A stretch of DNA of 64,000 bases from Enoplolaimus lenunculus. Its lineage: Eukaryota. The DNA lies in contig JASANG010001329.1 in assembly GCA_030248215.1 (NCBI GenBank), positions 372,001-436,000 on the forward strand, in the 5' to 3' direction. The notes beneath the pieces are model-generated. The model saw only the letters and a program-made list of their open reading frames with translations. It was not told the DNA's origin and made no database searches. The position numbers and the translations under genes were made by a program. Of the stretch, positions 15,701-30,700 are shown piece after piece; the first letter of the stretch is position 1; each line of letters opens with the position of its first letter.

Positions 15701-18700
15701 CAGATGATGAACAAGCGATACAGTCTTCAATCCCAAATGGAGTTCCTAAAAATCAGCAACCGTACCGCACCAACACGCGAGAACGTTTCGTTAAGAAACG
15801 CCATGACGGTGTTCAAGCACTTGACAATAGTTCCGAAGGAAGCCTAACTCCGGTAGCATCTGAATGCTCGCTGGATTTCGAGGCCCTCTACCAGTGCCCT
15901 AGTATCGTTGTAACCCCACCGTCGTCCAGCACATCAAGCCCTAGTCTTAATCTATATCGTGCTGTCTCGGCTAATTTAGACAGAGATATAGTGAATGCAA
16001 ATTTCATTAACAGTAATGAAAACATCAGACACTCACAACGGCAGGCAATTGAATTACGGCGAGAAATTCAACTACTTGGCCGTAGACGGCGGTCACTTAG
16101 CAACGTTTCGCTGCCTGACATTTCGCTTGCTCCGCGGATAGCAAAAAAAGATCGAGCTATGAGTGAAACAGAAGATTTCAATCGCCCTAACAGTGAAATA
16201 AAATTTGCTGAAATATGCTCTTTAGCATCGACTAGCAAAAAACCAAATCTAATTAATTACAGTGATACTAGTCAATGGAATACAACTCACTCGACCACTG
16301 AAAGCTTACAATCAAATGAGATTTATTCAGCAAGCGCACAGTCGAGCATTGATGTTTTGAAAGCGCCTCAACCGAACAAATTAAATTTAAGTGAAACTAA
16401 TGACAAACTACAACTGATAACGAAGCATTCAAATTCTACAGATACCGTTTCTGATGTATTTATGGCTGAAATATGTGATTTAAGTGCCCGTATTACCCAA
16501 GAATTATCGTCTACAGAGGACAAACTTCCAAGTTCTCTATTAGACACAGTGAAACGATTTGATTCAGCTACAATGGGCGCTTCAGTAGCCTCTAGCGGTA
16601 ATCAACCAAACTCAAACCCGGCAGATTTGATTTCTGCCAGCCAAAAACAAGCCAACCCCTCAGATAGCAACAAATGTCACGTTAACGCTGAATTCATCGC
16701 AAGTACCGACTCTACAAGCAAACTGCTCACTACCTCATTCGGTCAATCATCGTTTACATCGTCTGCCGGTAATGATATAATGGTTGATTCCTTAGCTAGT
16801 TTCAGCGCTTCACAATCACCCAAAAAGCCGCCAAATTTAACTAATGGTTCGCTAACTGGTAGCTATGTAAGCTCTGATTTTAGCGCTGAACCACGTTCTG
16901 AAATTAAGCAGCAACAACAGCTGCACACTGAGCTTTGTGAATATCCACCACAAACATTAAATAGTTCGAAAGCTAACGAAAGTTTATCGCTGTCCAGCTT
17001 GTACGAATACTCAAACCGCACTAGCGGTAAAGTAGATTCAAATTGTGAAATTTCACAAAACAGCGGCGGCGGTCATTATTCATCAATGTTACGCAAAGAA
17101 ATGGAGCGAGAAGCGAAAACTTTCGCACAAACATCATTACCGTCGCAAAATATTTCACCGTCTCGTTTGTCACCTGGTGCCGATCCGAACTTCGATAACC
17201 AGTTTTCGTTTGTTTTGAACAAAAATTCACCCAAATCACACCAAGATGTTAATTATAAACCCGAAAATATAAATTTGAAAAGTTTAGAAAGTACCGAACA
17301 CAGCTATTTACCATCTGTTCATACCAGTAACGATAATCAAGCTAGTCTTAAAAATACTGTGGAAGCTAAAAATTCAACAAACTTTACAAGTGATATTTCT
17401 GATAATAACAGTAGAGATAGTCAAAGCTTAACTTCTCCTGTGGAACCTTGGTATCCGGCGGCATTTTTGCCGGAAAACTTACGTCCGGTACCTCAAGTAC
17501 CACTGGGAATGATCAAATCTCGAATTCGTAAACCGACACATTCACCGCCAGCAGTACCGATACTACATTCAAGCTCTCGAAACACTCGCGAATCGTTGTC
17601 ACCTGTTGAAGAATCTCATTTCATCGACTACGCAGAACGTCAAACTCAATTTACAGAATTCATTCCAACTTCAATCCCAACCCCGTTACAACCATTGCAA
17701 CCTGTTTCTTGCGATAAAATTACAAGCCAAGAACCGCTTCTACCTGCAATTTCAACTGATTCAGTAATAAATCCTGTCAAATTAGTGTACGATCGAACTG
17801 TGGCAGATTTTTCGACGCAACCAAACACTGCCGCAAGCATTCCTAGTGTTGTAGTTGGCAGCGAAAAACAACACTGCAACATAATGGGAACGGTAAGAGT
17901 TGAGACTGATTTAAACGCTAAATCGAACGGGTCGGCCAAAAATGGATTATTAAGTGAGCAAAGCAACCAGCAAAATTCGGAACAGAAAACTTCTGGTGAT
18001 AGAAGCGGCGTGCGCGAACATCTCTATGCATCAGTGGTCAAACAAATCAAAGATGTTGCCGATGGTAAATATCATTCATTTGGCACAATTGCTGTTTGTT
18101 TATATTTAGAGCCTGCATTCTTTAATGTGTATAGCACGTAGCACCAGTTGACATACAACTTGTAACTTTCTAGCTAGTGAAGGTGTGACGGTTCAAATTC
18201 AGCATATTTTTCGTAGTTGATTTGTCTTTGTACGCCTGAGTTTGAAAATTTATCGCTAGCTGGTGATAGCTGCTAGATACATTTGTTAATGCGAGCATAG
18301 GTTTCAGAAATTTAATAGAAGTGTGGAGATTGGAAATAAGGAATTTGTAAAACTTGTTACGATTTATTCTATACTTACTTCTGAACACTTTCGTATTATT
18401 TAACAAATTTTTTCTCTATACTTAATAACTTGAGGTGTGTAAAGTTTAAGCTGGTGGTGCATTGGCCATTGTCATCGAATTCGGAAGCTGTTTAAACACG
18501 GTGACTATTAGATTAATCCTGAGGGTTTTCGGTAGTGGATCAAAGATTTGCGAGTGCGTCCGCAAGTTTTTTGGGGTATGAAATTTTACACTGTTTGAAG
18601 TGCCTTTTAGCAAACTGTTTGATATTTCAAGCTTCAAGATTACAAATTGCTTCGAGTTCCAGGTAAAATACAATCGGGTTCGAAATTTCTTCTTATTTCA

Positions 18701-21700
18701 GCTTCGTGTAACGTTTCCAGATCGCTTCAAGGTCTAATTTTATTTTTGAAAGCTTCGATTTTTTAAGGTCCCAATGTCCGTCAAATTTTTGTCAAAACGT
18801 TAGACAAGTACCATTCGAGCAGTTTATAGAGCAGAGTCGAATGGTGCTAAACTTTCTGCAACGACTTATGGTAATTCACTGATTTGGCGTTGTCCCGAAT
18901 CGCTGGCGCGCCAAATCCCGTTATTCCACTGCAACTTGTTAACCAATCTGTGATTTCGAAAAGTTAAACTCAGTTGGTCTCAGCTCCTCAAGATGCGTTG
19001 TATGCAATATAATAAGTATTGCAAACGCCGGCTGGGCGGTGGATAATAGAAAAGACAATTAAAATCTGCCCGTTTCATTTCACAATTTAAATTTTTTAAT
19101 GAAGCTTTCCAGTTATTAATTGCACAGCAGACGCGTAGCCAGCCGAACATCCAGGCAACGGGCAAAACAGTTTCTGAGAAGTATGCATGGAATTCAAATG
19201 GCTTACACACGAAGCTAAAACTTTCGTTGTGTTCGGGGAAAAATTTCCCAGGGGGCTGTTGAACCTCCCAAGCCGCTCTGGCTGCTGGCCCGTACCGCAG
19301 ACAGGTTGCAAGCACAATTGAAGCTAACCTTTTTGCACTGCACGCACTTTGAGATTTTAACTTTTTAGCGGAGTTATTTTACACACGTAAACTGCTTAAA
19401 TGCGAAATGACGTGCTGAAACTGTACCCAGAGCTTAAATTAATGGTATTTTTTCTGACATTTTTTTGCAATTGTTTAAAATACAGCTTATGCTTTACGTT
19501 GCAAACTGCATATTGACTGCAAAAAGCGTAAAATATGAGGTAAAATTTATACACCAGCATATTTCGTCTTATTCCTAGGGGCGCCCTGAGGTTGCAACTT
19601 GAAACAACAGAGCACTCTTGTGAATTATTTGTGAGTGCAAGATATATATGTATATGTATATATATGTATATATGTATGTATATATGCTACATCTTGAAAA
19701 GTTTTTATGATGCTTAAATGACATTGGAATACGTTAATTGTGCAAATCGCTTGCAGAATGCAGTTTGTTGTGTAGCTTATGGCTTTAGACTTGAAGAAAA
19801 TGTATAATTTGATTACGCATAGTTTGAAAATGAGTCGATATTGCTTAATGCTTATGGCTACTACTTTATACCCTAAGTGATGAGCATTTAATTTCAGTTT
19901 TCAAATTTTATTAATATTTTTGCTCAAACTAAATTGCTCTAAGGCTACATAAACGAGCGCTTCGACATGAGCTTCTGCCCGGGGTGGAATTTATGGGCGG
20001 CACGTCTTCAAGTTAGTCGTGTAGCATGTTGGTAGAACAATCTGTTGTCAGTAATGGAGCAGACGGGGGACGGCTGCCAACACGCAGGGTAGGGACTACC
20101 GGCGTAGACGTGAGTACAGAATATATCGATGTTTGATCTAAGGTTGTCTGAGCTCACGCTTGCGCTTGGTAGCTATTGGAGACACCCTCGCAAAAACGGT
20201 TTCACACAAAAGTTGCAAAACGATGTATGTAGAAAGTGAAACCACCCGCGAAATTTTTTTGTCATTTTCTTTTAGAATAGCTCAACAGCTCATATTTTAG
20301 GTTAAAACCTTTAACAATCTTAATATGCTCCAACTAGTGGAGACAGCACGCGGGATACGTCACTCAAAAATTTTTTAGTACTCTTCGTTATTCCGTTTCA
20401 TGAGAGTTATATTATCTTAAGTAAAATCGAGTTTCAGGGTGTAAACGGATATTAAAAAACCGGAAACGTAAAACGGATATTGAAGTACAAAAGTTTCAAA
20501 AAAGTTTTATTTTTTCGGCCAACACAGTTGAGGCGTTCATAAATTCACCGGTGACCTGTTTTTCAAAGATTTTAAGAAAAAAATGGCGGATGCATCTAAA
20601 TTTTTTAACATTTTGGATGAATTTCGAATTTCTTATTTCATTTCGAACAAATTTTTTAAGATTTTGGATGAATGTCGTATATCTTATTTCACCTCGAACA
20701 ATTGCAGCATACGTGTAACAAAAAATACGATATATTCGTGATTTATAACTAATTTTCTGCTGTGTTTGTAATGCAACGAGTTTAGCGAGCGAGAAAATTT
20801 GTTGGCATTTAGCAACCTGGTGGTTATTGCAAGGCCTGTATAGTGTCTAAAACCATTTAACAAGTCATGGAAAGGCAGAATAGTGTCAAAAACTCGCTAG
20901 CGAAGCGAGCGAGAAGTCAGACGTATTTCTAAACTTCGGCAGTTTTTGTTTCATCCGGCTAGGGCGGTGTCGCCTTTAGGGGTGACGGCACCCCCAAATG
21001 GGGGTATGGGAGATGGCTGCTCAGGTCCTGCGTGGAGTTCTGTGCTTCCTTTTAATTGTCATGGTTTGGTGACTCTGTAAATTTTTTGGCAACCATCAAG
21101 TTAAAACATTTTGAAAACTGCCTTTGCACAAGCTTGAAGACAACTTCAGTTCTAAGACAGGCTGGTAGTATATAGTTCTTATGTAAACCAATGTGTTTTA
21201 TTTATTGGTTTGAACTTTCAATCATGAAGGTTTGAGAAAGGATTCCACGCTTCTCGGCGTTTTCATTAAAACGACCCATGATTTTTTGCTTGTCATTTTT
21301 CTTTAAATGACCATTTGTTATAAAATCTATATTGTCAAAGCTGGAACGCCTCACATACGTATTTTGGGCAGAGTTCCAGCTGTTGTAATGATTGTTTCAT
21401 TTATAAACAAGACAGTTTATATAAGCAGATTAAAAGACATTCTTAAAAAGTTTTGTGAAGAATATTTTAGAATTGCAAATTTGCAACCACAACGACCAGT
21501 ATATATATATATAAATTACAGCTGATACTTTGTATATATTAGTGTTGATCAGAAGCTGATTTTGTGTGGAACCAGCATTTTCAAATAGAAAAACTTTGCC
21601 TACATTAAATAATAATTTTTGTTATTCGCTAAAATTCAGGTGAGTAGTGGCGGTGTCTATGATACAAATTGCATGGTCAGTAGTTTTTTGAGTGCTTCGA

Positions 21701-24700
21701 CTTAGAACTTTCAACTGGGTTTAATGGGTCATTGGTCAAAATGTTGGTAATTTTATTAGGTCACTTTCAGGGGCAAATACAATTGCGGAGATAGAGGGAA
21801 CAGTCCCTTCCCGAAATTTCCTAAGAGATAAGTAGGACAAGGATTTAAGTTTCTAAATGCAGGTCTAAATATGTTACTTCACAAGAAATTATACCATAGA
21901 GAACTGAAATCAAAGTTACTCCTTTGGTTACATTTACCCACCTGATCTGAATAATAACTCAGGAAGCTTATGCCGCTCATGAGTGTCTTTCAGAATCTTA
22001 ACGTCAGTTCAGCGCAGTTGATAGCATGGCATATAATAAAATCATAGCGTACCGGAATGGTTCCGGAGGCAATTTAGGTTTAGACTGTTGCTCAGAGAGT
22101 TATAGAAACTTGTCGAATTAGGTAGATATTTCAAATTTCAACTTGGGTCCGGGCCGGGTTTCACATAGATGATGGGTGAACCAAGATATTAACCATTAGT
22201 TTACAATGTGTATCTAACAGTACTGAGATCAGAACGCTAAACTTTTCATATATACTGCAACTTCAAATGTGTTTGTTGATATTTCGGCTAATCAGTGGTG
22301 AGAGGGCTGTTTGGACATTTCACGCTATACCGGGGCAGGCGGGTCACGCTTTGTTGAATTTCGATTCGACGTCAGTGTTAAAATTCAGACTGTAATCGGG
22401 TCAACGGACAAAACTCGGACGTCTTATGACACTAACTTACAAACCACCGCTCTCATACGTTCAACGTGTACAAGAGTCCGTATGTCAGGTGATACTGTGA
22501 TGTATTTATGCGAATATCATATGATATACCAAAATTACATTAAATATTATAAAATTCAGCGGGACAGTGCAATCTTCGCGTGCTTATAAATGGATAGAAA
22601 GTCAGACGAGAGAGGCAGAAATGTACTTTAAAATACCAAAAACGCGCAGGAATATTCATTTCCGACACCAAATCGTTTAGAACTACAGTGTCATAATTCA
22701 AAAAATCGAGTTTCAAATTCTAGTATCATATGATATTCAACAGGACAATTTGGGTATGTTACCTCAAGTATGCAAACATTTGAAAATATAGCATATGATA
22801 TTCGCAGACAATATGTCGAATATCATATGATATTAAAGAACAAGATGTGACCTAAATATGATGCGTAAGGTGTTGGTTTGTCAATCATACTTTTATTAGT
22901 ATTCCGAAAGCTTTGCGTAAACTGTCGCTACAGTTTTCGAAATTTTTAGATTTTGGCACTTCTTACGGTTAGTCATACACTTGAGCATAGGCTTAAAACT
23001 CAAAACAGTTATTTGTGAACCATAATAAATTGCTAAATTGGGTTTATCATGCAGTTTCATGACGAAAAATTTCGTGATAACATATAACTGTGAAGTAAAA
23101 CATCACAACAGGAAGTCGCGTAGCATTTGGGGTAGGGCAGAGCGGCTGCCACCCCCTATTGGTTTTGAACAAATTGTTGCAGTAATCACTGCAATAAATG
23201 TTAGCGAAGAGATATTTGATGCAAAGTGGGTCTTTAACGCATGTAAACGCGGGCCGGGTAAAAAATTTCACCCGCGGGCATACCAGCGAGTAAAGATTGG
23301 TATTCCTTGTAAAAATCGACAATTCTTACCCGCGTCAAACCTTTAAGGGTTGCGTTATACTTGACGAACATCGCCGTCCGTCACCGTGCGTCACCCGTAC
23401 GGCGCCTTCCGTCACCGTCTGTCACCATACGTTATCGTACGTGAACAGTTAAGGCGCAATACGTACGCTATTAACTTAGCTAGTCAATGAGCGTTGGGTT
23501 TGAAATTTTGTTGTTTCTAGTAAGCTTTCTGGTGTAAAATCCATATAAGCTATAACACAAAACTTAGTGCAAATCACCAGCGATCTTTAAAATAATGGTT
23601 TAATTTCAGGTGCGGGTAAAAGGTGGGTCGTTGGTAGATCTTTTTGCCGTGGGTAAACTCGCTGGTACTGAAATCTTATTTGGCTGGGTGAAGCGTGGGT
23701 CGGGAACGGCAATTGTGTAGTGTGGATTTGCGCAAAAAAACGGTTAACACTTCATCGCCGTACATCCACATTCACAGTTGAAATTTTATTCCGCTCGATC
23801 ACCGTAGTCAAGCGAGGGGGGATGGGGAAGCTTAGCAGCCATGTAAAAATTTTGCACCCCCCGCTAAATTTTTAGCGTTGCTTAAAGTCTTCGTTCCCTA
23901 CGCTATCAATAGACACAGAATTTTGGCCAAATTTAGTGGTTTGCTGCGCAATTTAAAATTGTAACCCGAAGTCGTACACCAAAATGTGTTTTTTTGAAGA
24001 AAATGTTTTTGAGTTTTATTTTCTGATTTGCGTTCATTTTGTGGAATAAATAATTTGATGAGATTTATTTGTATGGTTTCTTTGTTCTGAAACCACATGT
24101 TTCCGGTATTTGTTGTTTCAAATTAAGGTCTTCATTTCTGTTCAATATTTGCCCACTTTCTGATTCGGTTTAAAATTTGTATATGCATTTGGAACTCTGT
24201 GCCAGTTTTTAATATATAAATTGCATGTATTTTGCCATAAAAACGTTGCAATATGTACAGTTTGAAATTTAAAGTGATATTACTTAAATAATCCAAAATT
24301 GAAAAACATGGGTTTGGAGGTATGCGAAAACAACTTCATTAAGTTCTACCGTTAAAAGTTGGTTACAATTTTTTAATTTAGGCTATTTTAATATATATTC
24401 TTAAGTTGTTCCAGAGCTCTATATTTCTAAATTTTTGATGAACAATAACTGACCTTTGTTGACAGTTTAACTTGTCCGACTGCACATATTCGAGGCACAC
24501 CCACCATCGTATATAAGTCTCTCGAAACTTATGCAAACTGTTTAAAATAATTTCATTCACAAAAATTGCAATGTTTCAGGAGCTTTATTCGATCGTTCCA
24601 AAATGCAATCCATCCTTACTTTGACTGTATCAGAATGGGACTTTACTCGCTCGTACCCATCACAGCCGACGTTTAAAATACCAGTTTAACTTCGGGCGCT

Positions 24701-27700
24701 GCTGCTAAAAGGCGTGTCGCGAGTAGATCATCTTAGCGCGGGTAGCCGTGGGTAAAAAAATTCTTATTTGCGTGGGTAAAGCACGAGTCGGGTAAAACGA
24801 TCCTTACCCACATCACACTCTGGACGCTGATTGGCTACAAGTTCCAACGATCAGTTTGACCGAAACTCACCAGACTCAAGCCTGAAATAGTGTTTTCCAC
24901 TGCTGGTGTCCTCAAAGTCACTTTTTTATACATTTTGTTGACAAACTCAAAGCGTAAACTTAATAATTTTTTACCAAGTAAAACTATTGCAACAGTTAGT
25001 TTTTTTTACACTTGTATGCGTACATTTTCAATGTATAGTAGACACGGATCTGACTGCAGCCGACATGCAGCGATGTACACGAAGTCTCTGAAAACAACGT
25101 TAAAACATATAGAAATAGGGAGTTTTGCTATTTAATTTACATTTCACAGAAAACAATTTTATAGCTTTTTTCTGAGTTTCTAGTTTCCTTCTGTGAAAAC
25201 GTCAATAGCGATCCTTCTGAGATCAATGATAGCAAGATGCATCTTCTTCTGACCTCTATGCTCATGTATAAGATGAAAAATTGTTCCGCTTCATATAATT
25301 AGGACTTGCCAGCCATGAAACTCAGTAGCTTAAAAATGTTACCCCTTTGTAATATTTTGGCACGACGTGTATTCAAAATTGCTGCACGGTCGTGGGACGT
25401 GAATTTGAAAGGTTTAGCCTAATGAAGTTTTGCGCTATAGCTCCAATGAATTTTACACATGAAAGTTTACTAAAAACAAAATTTCATACCCAACTAAATA
25501 AAGCAGAGAATTTTTTGCTTTTTCAATGCTCACTGACTAGCTGAATTAACAGCGCATGTTTTGCACCATTAGGGTTGCGCTATACTCGTCGACTGGAGCC
25601 GTCCGTCACCTTGCATCGCAGTCCGTCACCTTGCGTCACCCGTACGGCGCCGTCCCTCACCGTTCGTTATCCGTACGGCGCCGTCCGTCATCGTTCGTAC
25701 CATACGTTATCGTACGTGAGTTATTTGCGTAAGATACCGCATGGTGACGAACGGCGCCGTATGGGTGACGGACAACGCCGAAACCGACGTGCCGGACGGG
25801 TGACGGAATGCGCCGGACGGGTTATGGAAGGCGCCGGACGTCAACAAAAGTATAGCGCAACTCTAGTTGTTGAAGATTTGGCGCGGGTAGAAACTGTCAA
25901 TTTATAGGCCGTGTGATACAAATCTTTGGCCGCGGATATCCCCGCGGCTGAAATTTTTTACCCAATCCGCGTTTACCGTGGCTACCCACGCGTATAGTAA
26001 CGCCTTTCATCGGCATAATAAGTGATTTGTTTTTGTGCTAGCTAAGTAAACGAATATTTCATTCAAGTTTCAAAAAATGTGAGGTTCGACGGACATCACA
26101 GGTAGGCTTAAAGCACGAAGTGCTATATTAAATGTAAATATTACGCCTAAACTAAGTTTTGAGGTACGAGCCAATCATGGCAGGTGCGGATCTAGATATA
26201 TGGAAAAAGAAGGACCACGCCAATTGGGATAGTGAAAAACACTTGCGATCGACGCAAGGAAAAATTCTAACGTCATTTTAGTTATAAACCTTAACACCAA
26301 ATCTTGGTTTGATCCGTGTTGAAGAACGCCTAAGCCGACGTGCCCTCCTGAAATTCATCAGCACCTGTTTGAGAGGAAGATGAGTTAACACTTGGCTCCA
26401 TCATTTCAGCAAACATTTTAATGTGTCTGGTGTAGGAAAAATTGTAAGCCAAGAATGAACAGCAATAAATTCAGATTTCCCTTATCTGAACCCGACACAA
26501 GTGTCCATACTAAACTTTGGTCACCATTTTACTGGTGCGCCCTGAGAGCTATTCTCGCGTCGTTTACCACCCACGCTAATACTGGTTTCAAATGACATAC
26601 TTATCAGGAGTGGAGCAACGGACGTTAGACAAGGATTACATACGGTCTGCGCAACATATAATAGTGGAAAAAATTCACGAACGAGAAGCCAAACGTAATT
26701 TTAACATTTATTCCTAATACTGCGGTTTTGTTTCAAAAATCTGGACGCGACCGGTCCACTCCTCCCATGCGTGACCATTTGCAGGGCGTCTGATACGTAT
26801 TATCTCATGATGCCCTGGGGAAATCCAAAACGCCGTCGCACAGCCAATCAATCATGGTTTAAATTTCGTCAGAAAGCCCAATACCGACTATTTAGAAATC
26901 CTCATATAAAGCAATAAGATAACCAGGGAAATTTTGGTGTTTATAGTTCTGCATGGATGATAACTAATCGTGGGTTGAAATTAAGATTTAGTATATTTTA
27001 AAATCTAGCAATACTTATGGCTGCCACTAGGACACCCATCGTTAACGCACAGCCGACTTTGAAGCCACTTCTACAGGCTGATCCGAGGCAATTGAAACAC
27101 TTTTTTCGGATCTACTCAAAAATGACACCTTTTGATATGGATTTGTCGTTGTTTAGTTTTAAGCTCAAAACTTGTAAAAAATCTAAAATTGACTTGGTGC
27201 ACGTTTTTCAATTTTTCAGGACGCTAGGACTGAAGAAGCATCTTTGGAAAAGGAGATTATAATATGGAATAGGGAAACACTAGTTGTAATCCAGATAAAA
27301 TATAGATTTATTGGGTTGTTTCACTCATGAGCATAAGTTGTAATTTAAATAGTTTCCCTCTTATATACTGTAGTGGCCCGAATAAGAGGGGGGACTGATA
27401 TTTATTTGGCATCGGTTTGTCTTGTGTCAATAGCTTGAGCGATAATACAATGTTATACTAAGGAAGGAATGTACTTTCAAAATTTAAGTGCGCTTTAAAG
27501 TTTCGAACTCAAATTATTTGGTGCTGGAGTCATTTATGCGCTACAATTAGGGTTAATTGACATTTATGGACTCTAATTAGGGCTTAGGGACTCTATCCGC
27601 TTACGGACTCTTATTAGGGATACGGACTCCTATTGATTCGGACACAAAATGGGGACCCCCTCTTATTACCCCCATATTATTATGGTCAATACAGTACTTT

Positions 27701-30700
27701 CATGTGAATATAAACATGCTATGTTTACATATGAAGACAGTAGACGGGGGGCAGTGAATTGAGTCTTTTAGAGGGCATGGCCTACTTGGCTCGTTGGTTG
27801 CCTGACTTCTCAAGGTGTATACTTAAACTTAAATAAACATCCGAATCGAATAGAGCTTAGCCCCTTTAGCCTCAGCGAATACATTCATCAACTTCTGGAG
27901 ATAACTTGATGAATATGCAGAGTAATTACGTTCACAAAATCGTTAATACCATGACGGGGAAACTTTACTACTGATATCTTAGAAAATAAACTTTGATTCA
28001 AATAACTTCGGTCAGTTGTTGACCATAATACACCCTCACCCATCATCAGGAGGTGTATGTTGACAAAGCATAAATTAATTAAACGTATTAGGTTGCCGGT
28101 GGCAGATCCAGAAATTTTTGATGAGAGCGAGCGATATATAGTAGTGAGAAAAACACATTAGTACGAGCGTAGTCAGTTAGAAAATAAAGACAAATTTAGC
28201 ACTAAATCTTAACACAAATTTTTGGTTACGATCACTGTTGATGGGCACACGAGTTGGTGGCGCCTTGGCCACGCCATTATGGTTTGTCTTGTGAAAAGGG
28301 TCGTAGCCTGCTCACCTTAATATGGGAGTTTTAAAATTTTCAAGTGGAGCATATAAGGGATTTCGCTGACCTGCAAGCAAGGTTAAACATTTCTAGGAGG
28401 ACAAAATTTTGTCAGGATGAACTCAGCCCTCCCCTTGGGCCCCTTCACCCATGGCTACGAGCCCGCTTGTGAACCAGTGTTTACCTTCTCCATTTGCTTA
28501 ATGGGCACTTTTTTCGACCAGTAAACACGTTTCAAATGTGATACCGCGCTGCCGCAAAACATTTTGTACATATTTTGCAAAATCACCGTTTGTTTTAAGT
28601 GTGTTGTCAAGACGCTACTTTTGCAAATATATATAATTTCGTCGTTTAAACCCCCATCTTTAACATTAATAGACACGCGACGGAAAAACGTGTCGGAAGC
28701 TGCTATAAAACGAATATAACCGTTTGGTGTTTTACACTCGCAAACTCTGCTCAGCTCCCAATGTTTGTTCAGTTTTTGTAGTAGCAAATACCGAGTGTGA
28801 CCTGAACATATTAATATTTAAAACGTCTTTTCGTTTGTTTTGAGTTGTTTGTTGCTTCATTTATTAAGCTTAAGCCTATCGAACACTCGTTTCGTATAAG
28901 ATTGATTTGTTGGTCGCTAAATCCTTCGAAAATATACATTTTCAGAAGTGTACGAATTTTCCAATTCAGATTTAGTAAATGGTTATTACCTTATGGAATG
29001 AAATTCTGGCTAATCCCTGGTTAGCATCCTGTTTTATTGTACATGGTTCTTCAGCATTTTATACGCTTTCCCATCAAGCATAAGCAGGGCCGGAGAAGCC
29101 ATCCCCATACCTCCGATTTTGGGGGTGACCCAACCGTAAAGGGGCTCCTACCCTACCGGCTGAAACAAAAACCGCCGAAGGTTTAAAATGCGTCTAAACG
29201 TAGGACCAAAAATAATATTCAAAATGGATGCAGTAAAAATACGTCCCTCCAAAAATTTCAAGTTTATCAATAATTTCATGGAGATAGCTCGATTGTGGTG
29301 TATCCAAATCGTATCTCTGTGATTCTATGCAGCTACAGATTCAGGATTTTTCCGGTGGGAACAAAACGCTCCCTGCATTCAAAGATTTTACCCGTTTTGT
29401 CAATTTTTTTGATATTTCAAGATTTTGATTATATAGTTTACATCGAAGACGCAACAATATTAAATTTACGATATCATCTCGTGATATTTTTCACTTATTT
29501 GCGTATAAAAACAGATAGTGAGCGTCAGATGAACCATTACCGTCTCTGTCCAAATATTTCACAAAACAGATAATGTTATCCTTAATAGTATTGTAAATAG
29601 CAGCTTAAATCCCTCAGTTCTGACCACGAAGCTAAGTTTTAGATACATTTTCTGTCTTTTAATCTTCAAGAATTGGATAGGCAATTTTAAAACTCTACGC
29701 CTCGCTACCGGAGACGTAGCCAACACTTCGTTCGGGGGCACATTGTCATTAAAGATACTTTGTTCGACCTCCAGAATTTACAAGGATATTCTAATGCTAA
29801 AAGTGCTCTTTTCTTGTCCCCGTAAAAATTTCACGAGGAAATATAATATCACCGATATTCCTTCCCTTGTACACCACGTGCTCAATAGTAACACGTATAA
29901 CATGAGCGGAAGGAAATAAATCAAAGTTACACCATCATGTGCTATATTATATTGCTTGTTCAAACTGCCTTCTGAGTTTCATTTTCATGAAGTTATGTTG
30001 CGCTGCCATTGTACCATTATTGCCCTATATGTTACCAAGGGTTTAGCAAAGTTGTTTTAAAATAGTATGCAGCTTGCGAAAATGTCCTTCAGTTAAAGTA
30101 TGTACTAAAGCCAGTAGCCAGGAAGCGGGCAAGTATGACTCAGACACCCCGGTAACTAATTTCTGGCTCCCTTTAGATCAGATTTGGCGTCGCTTAAAAG
30201 TGAAATGAAATTCACAGCTTGAGCCTAGCGTAATTATTGTGGGCCTTTACCAGGTCCGTTGCCAAGGGGTGCCCAGCGGCTCAGCCCCCACCTCCTGCAA
30301 AAATTTTGGCCCCTCTACAAAATTTTCAACCTGGCTTGTAAGTCAACGAAAACCGTTGTATGCCCCTCCCGAAATTTTTTAGCCCTGTAGCAAGGTGACC
30401 CGGCTACGACCTTGCCTCTACATGTTGAACTGAGTAGGGTCTTGAGTGTACGATGGATAGCTTCGGATCTGCCTTCAAAAAGAAAATATTTTCTTGTTTG
30501 GTTATAGTAAAACACAAGTTGATAAGTTGATTTTGAATTTTTAGGAATTTCAATGATTTGTGTTCTTTAGTTCTGAGGTACTAAAAGAGCATTTATTTGT
30601 AATACTGTCATGATATTTACCAGCGATTTAAAATTTGTACAGTTAACGAATTTAACAAGTATGTTGAGAGTGAATGAAATCAAAGGCTCCTGGGGCCGTA

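Noticed and set aside
17021..17966. Antisense ORFs over large exons (also 36253-36534, 36931-37152, 54715-55501)
   Set aside because: They are short shadows of the + strand coding sequence with no independent features.
15607..18141. Stand-alone single-exon 844-aa gene
   Set aside because: Good splice sites lie just inside both ORF ends and the terminal residues look intronic. It is phase-compatible with the downstream SORBS exons.
18170..19320. Possible decayed transposase or nested gene on the minus strand
   Set aside because: Only short ORFs, with no DDE, RT or other motif I can recognise. A tBLASTx/Dfam search would be needed.
25575..25907. 110-aa Arg-rich ORF
   Set aside because: It coincides with the GC-rich internal repeats of MITE family E.
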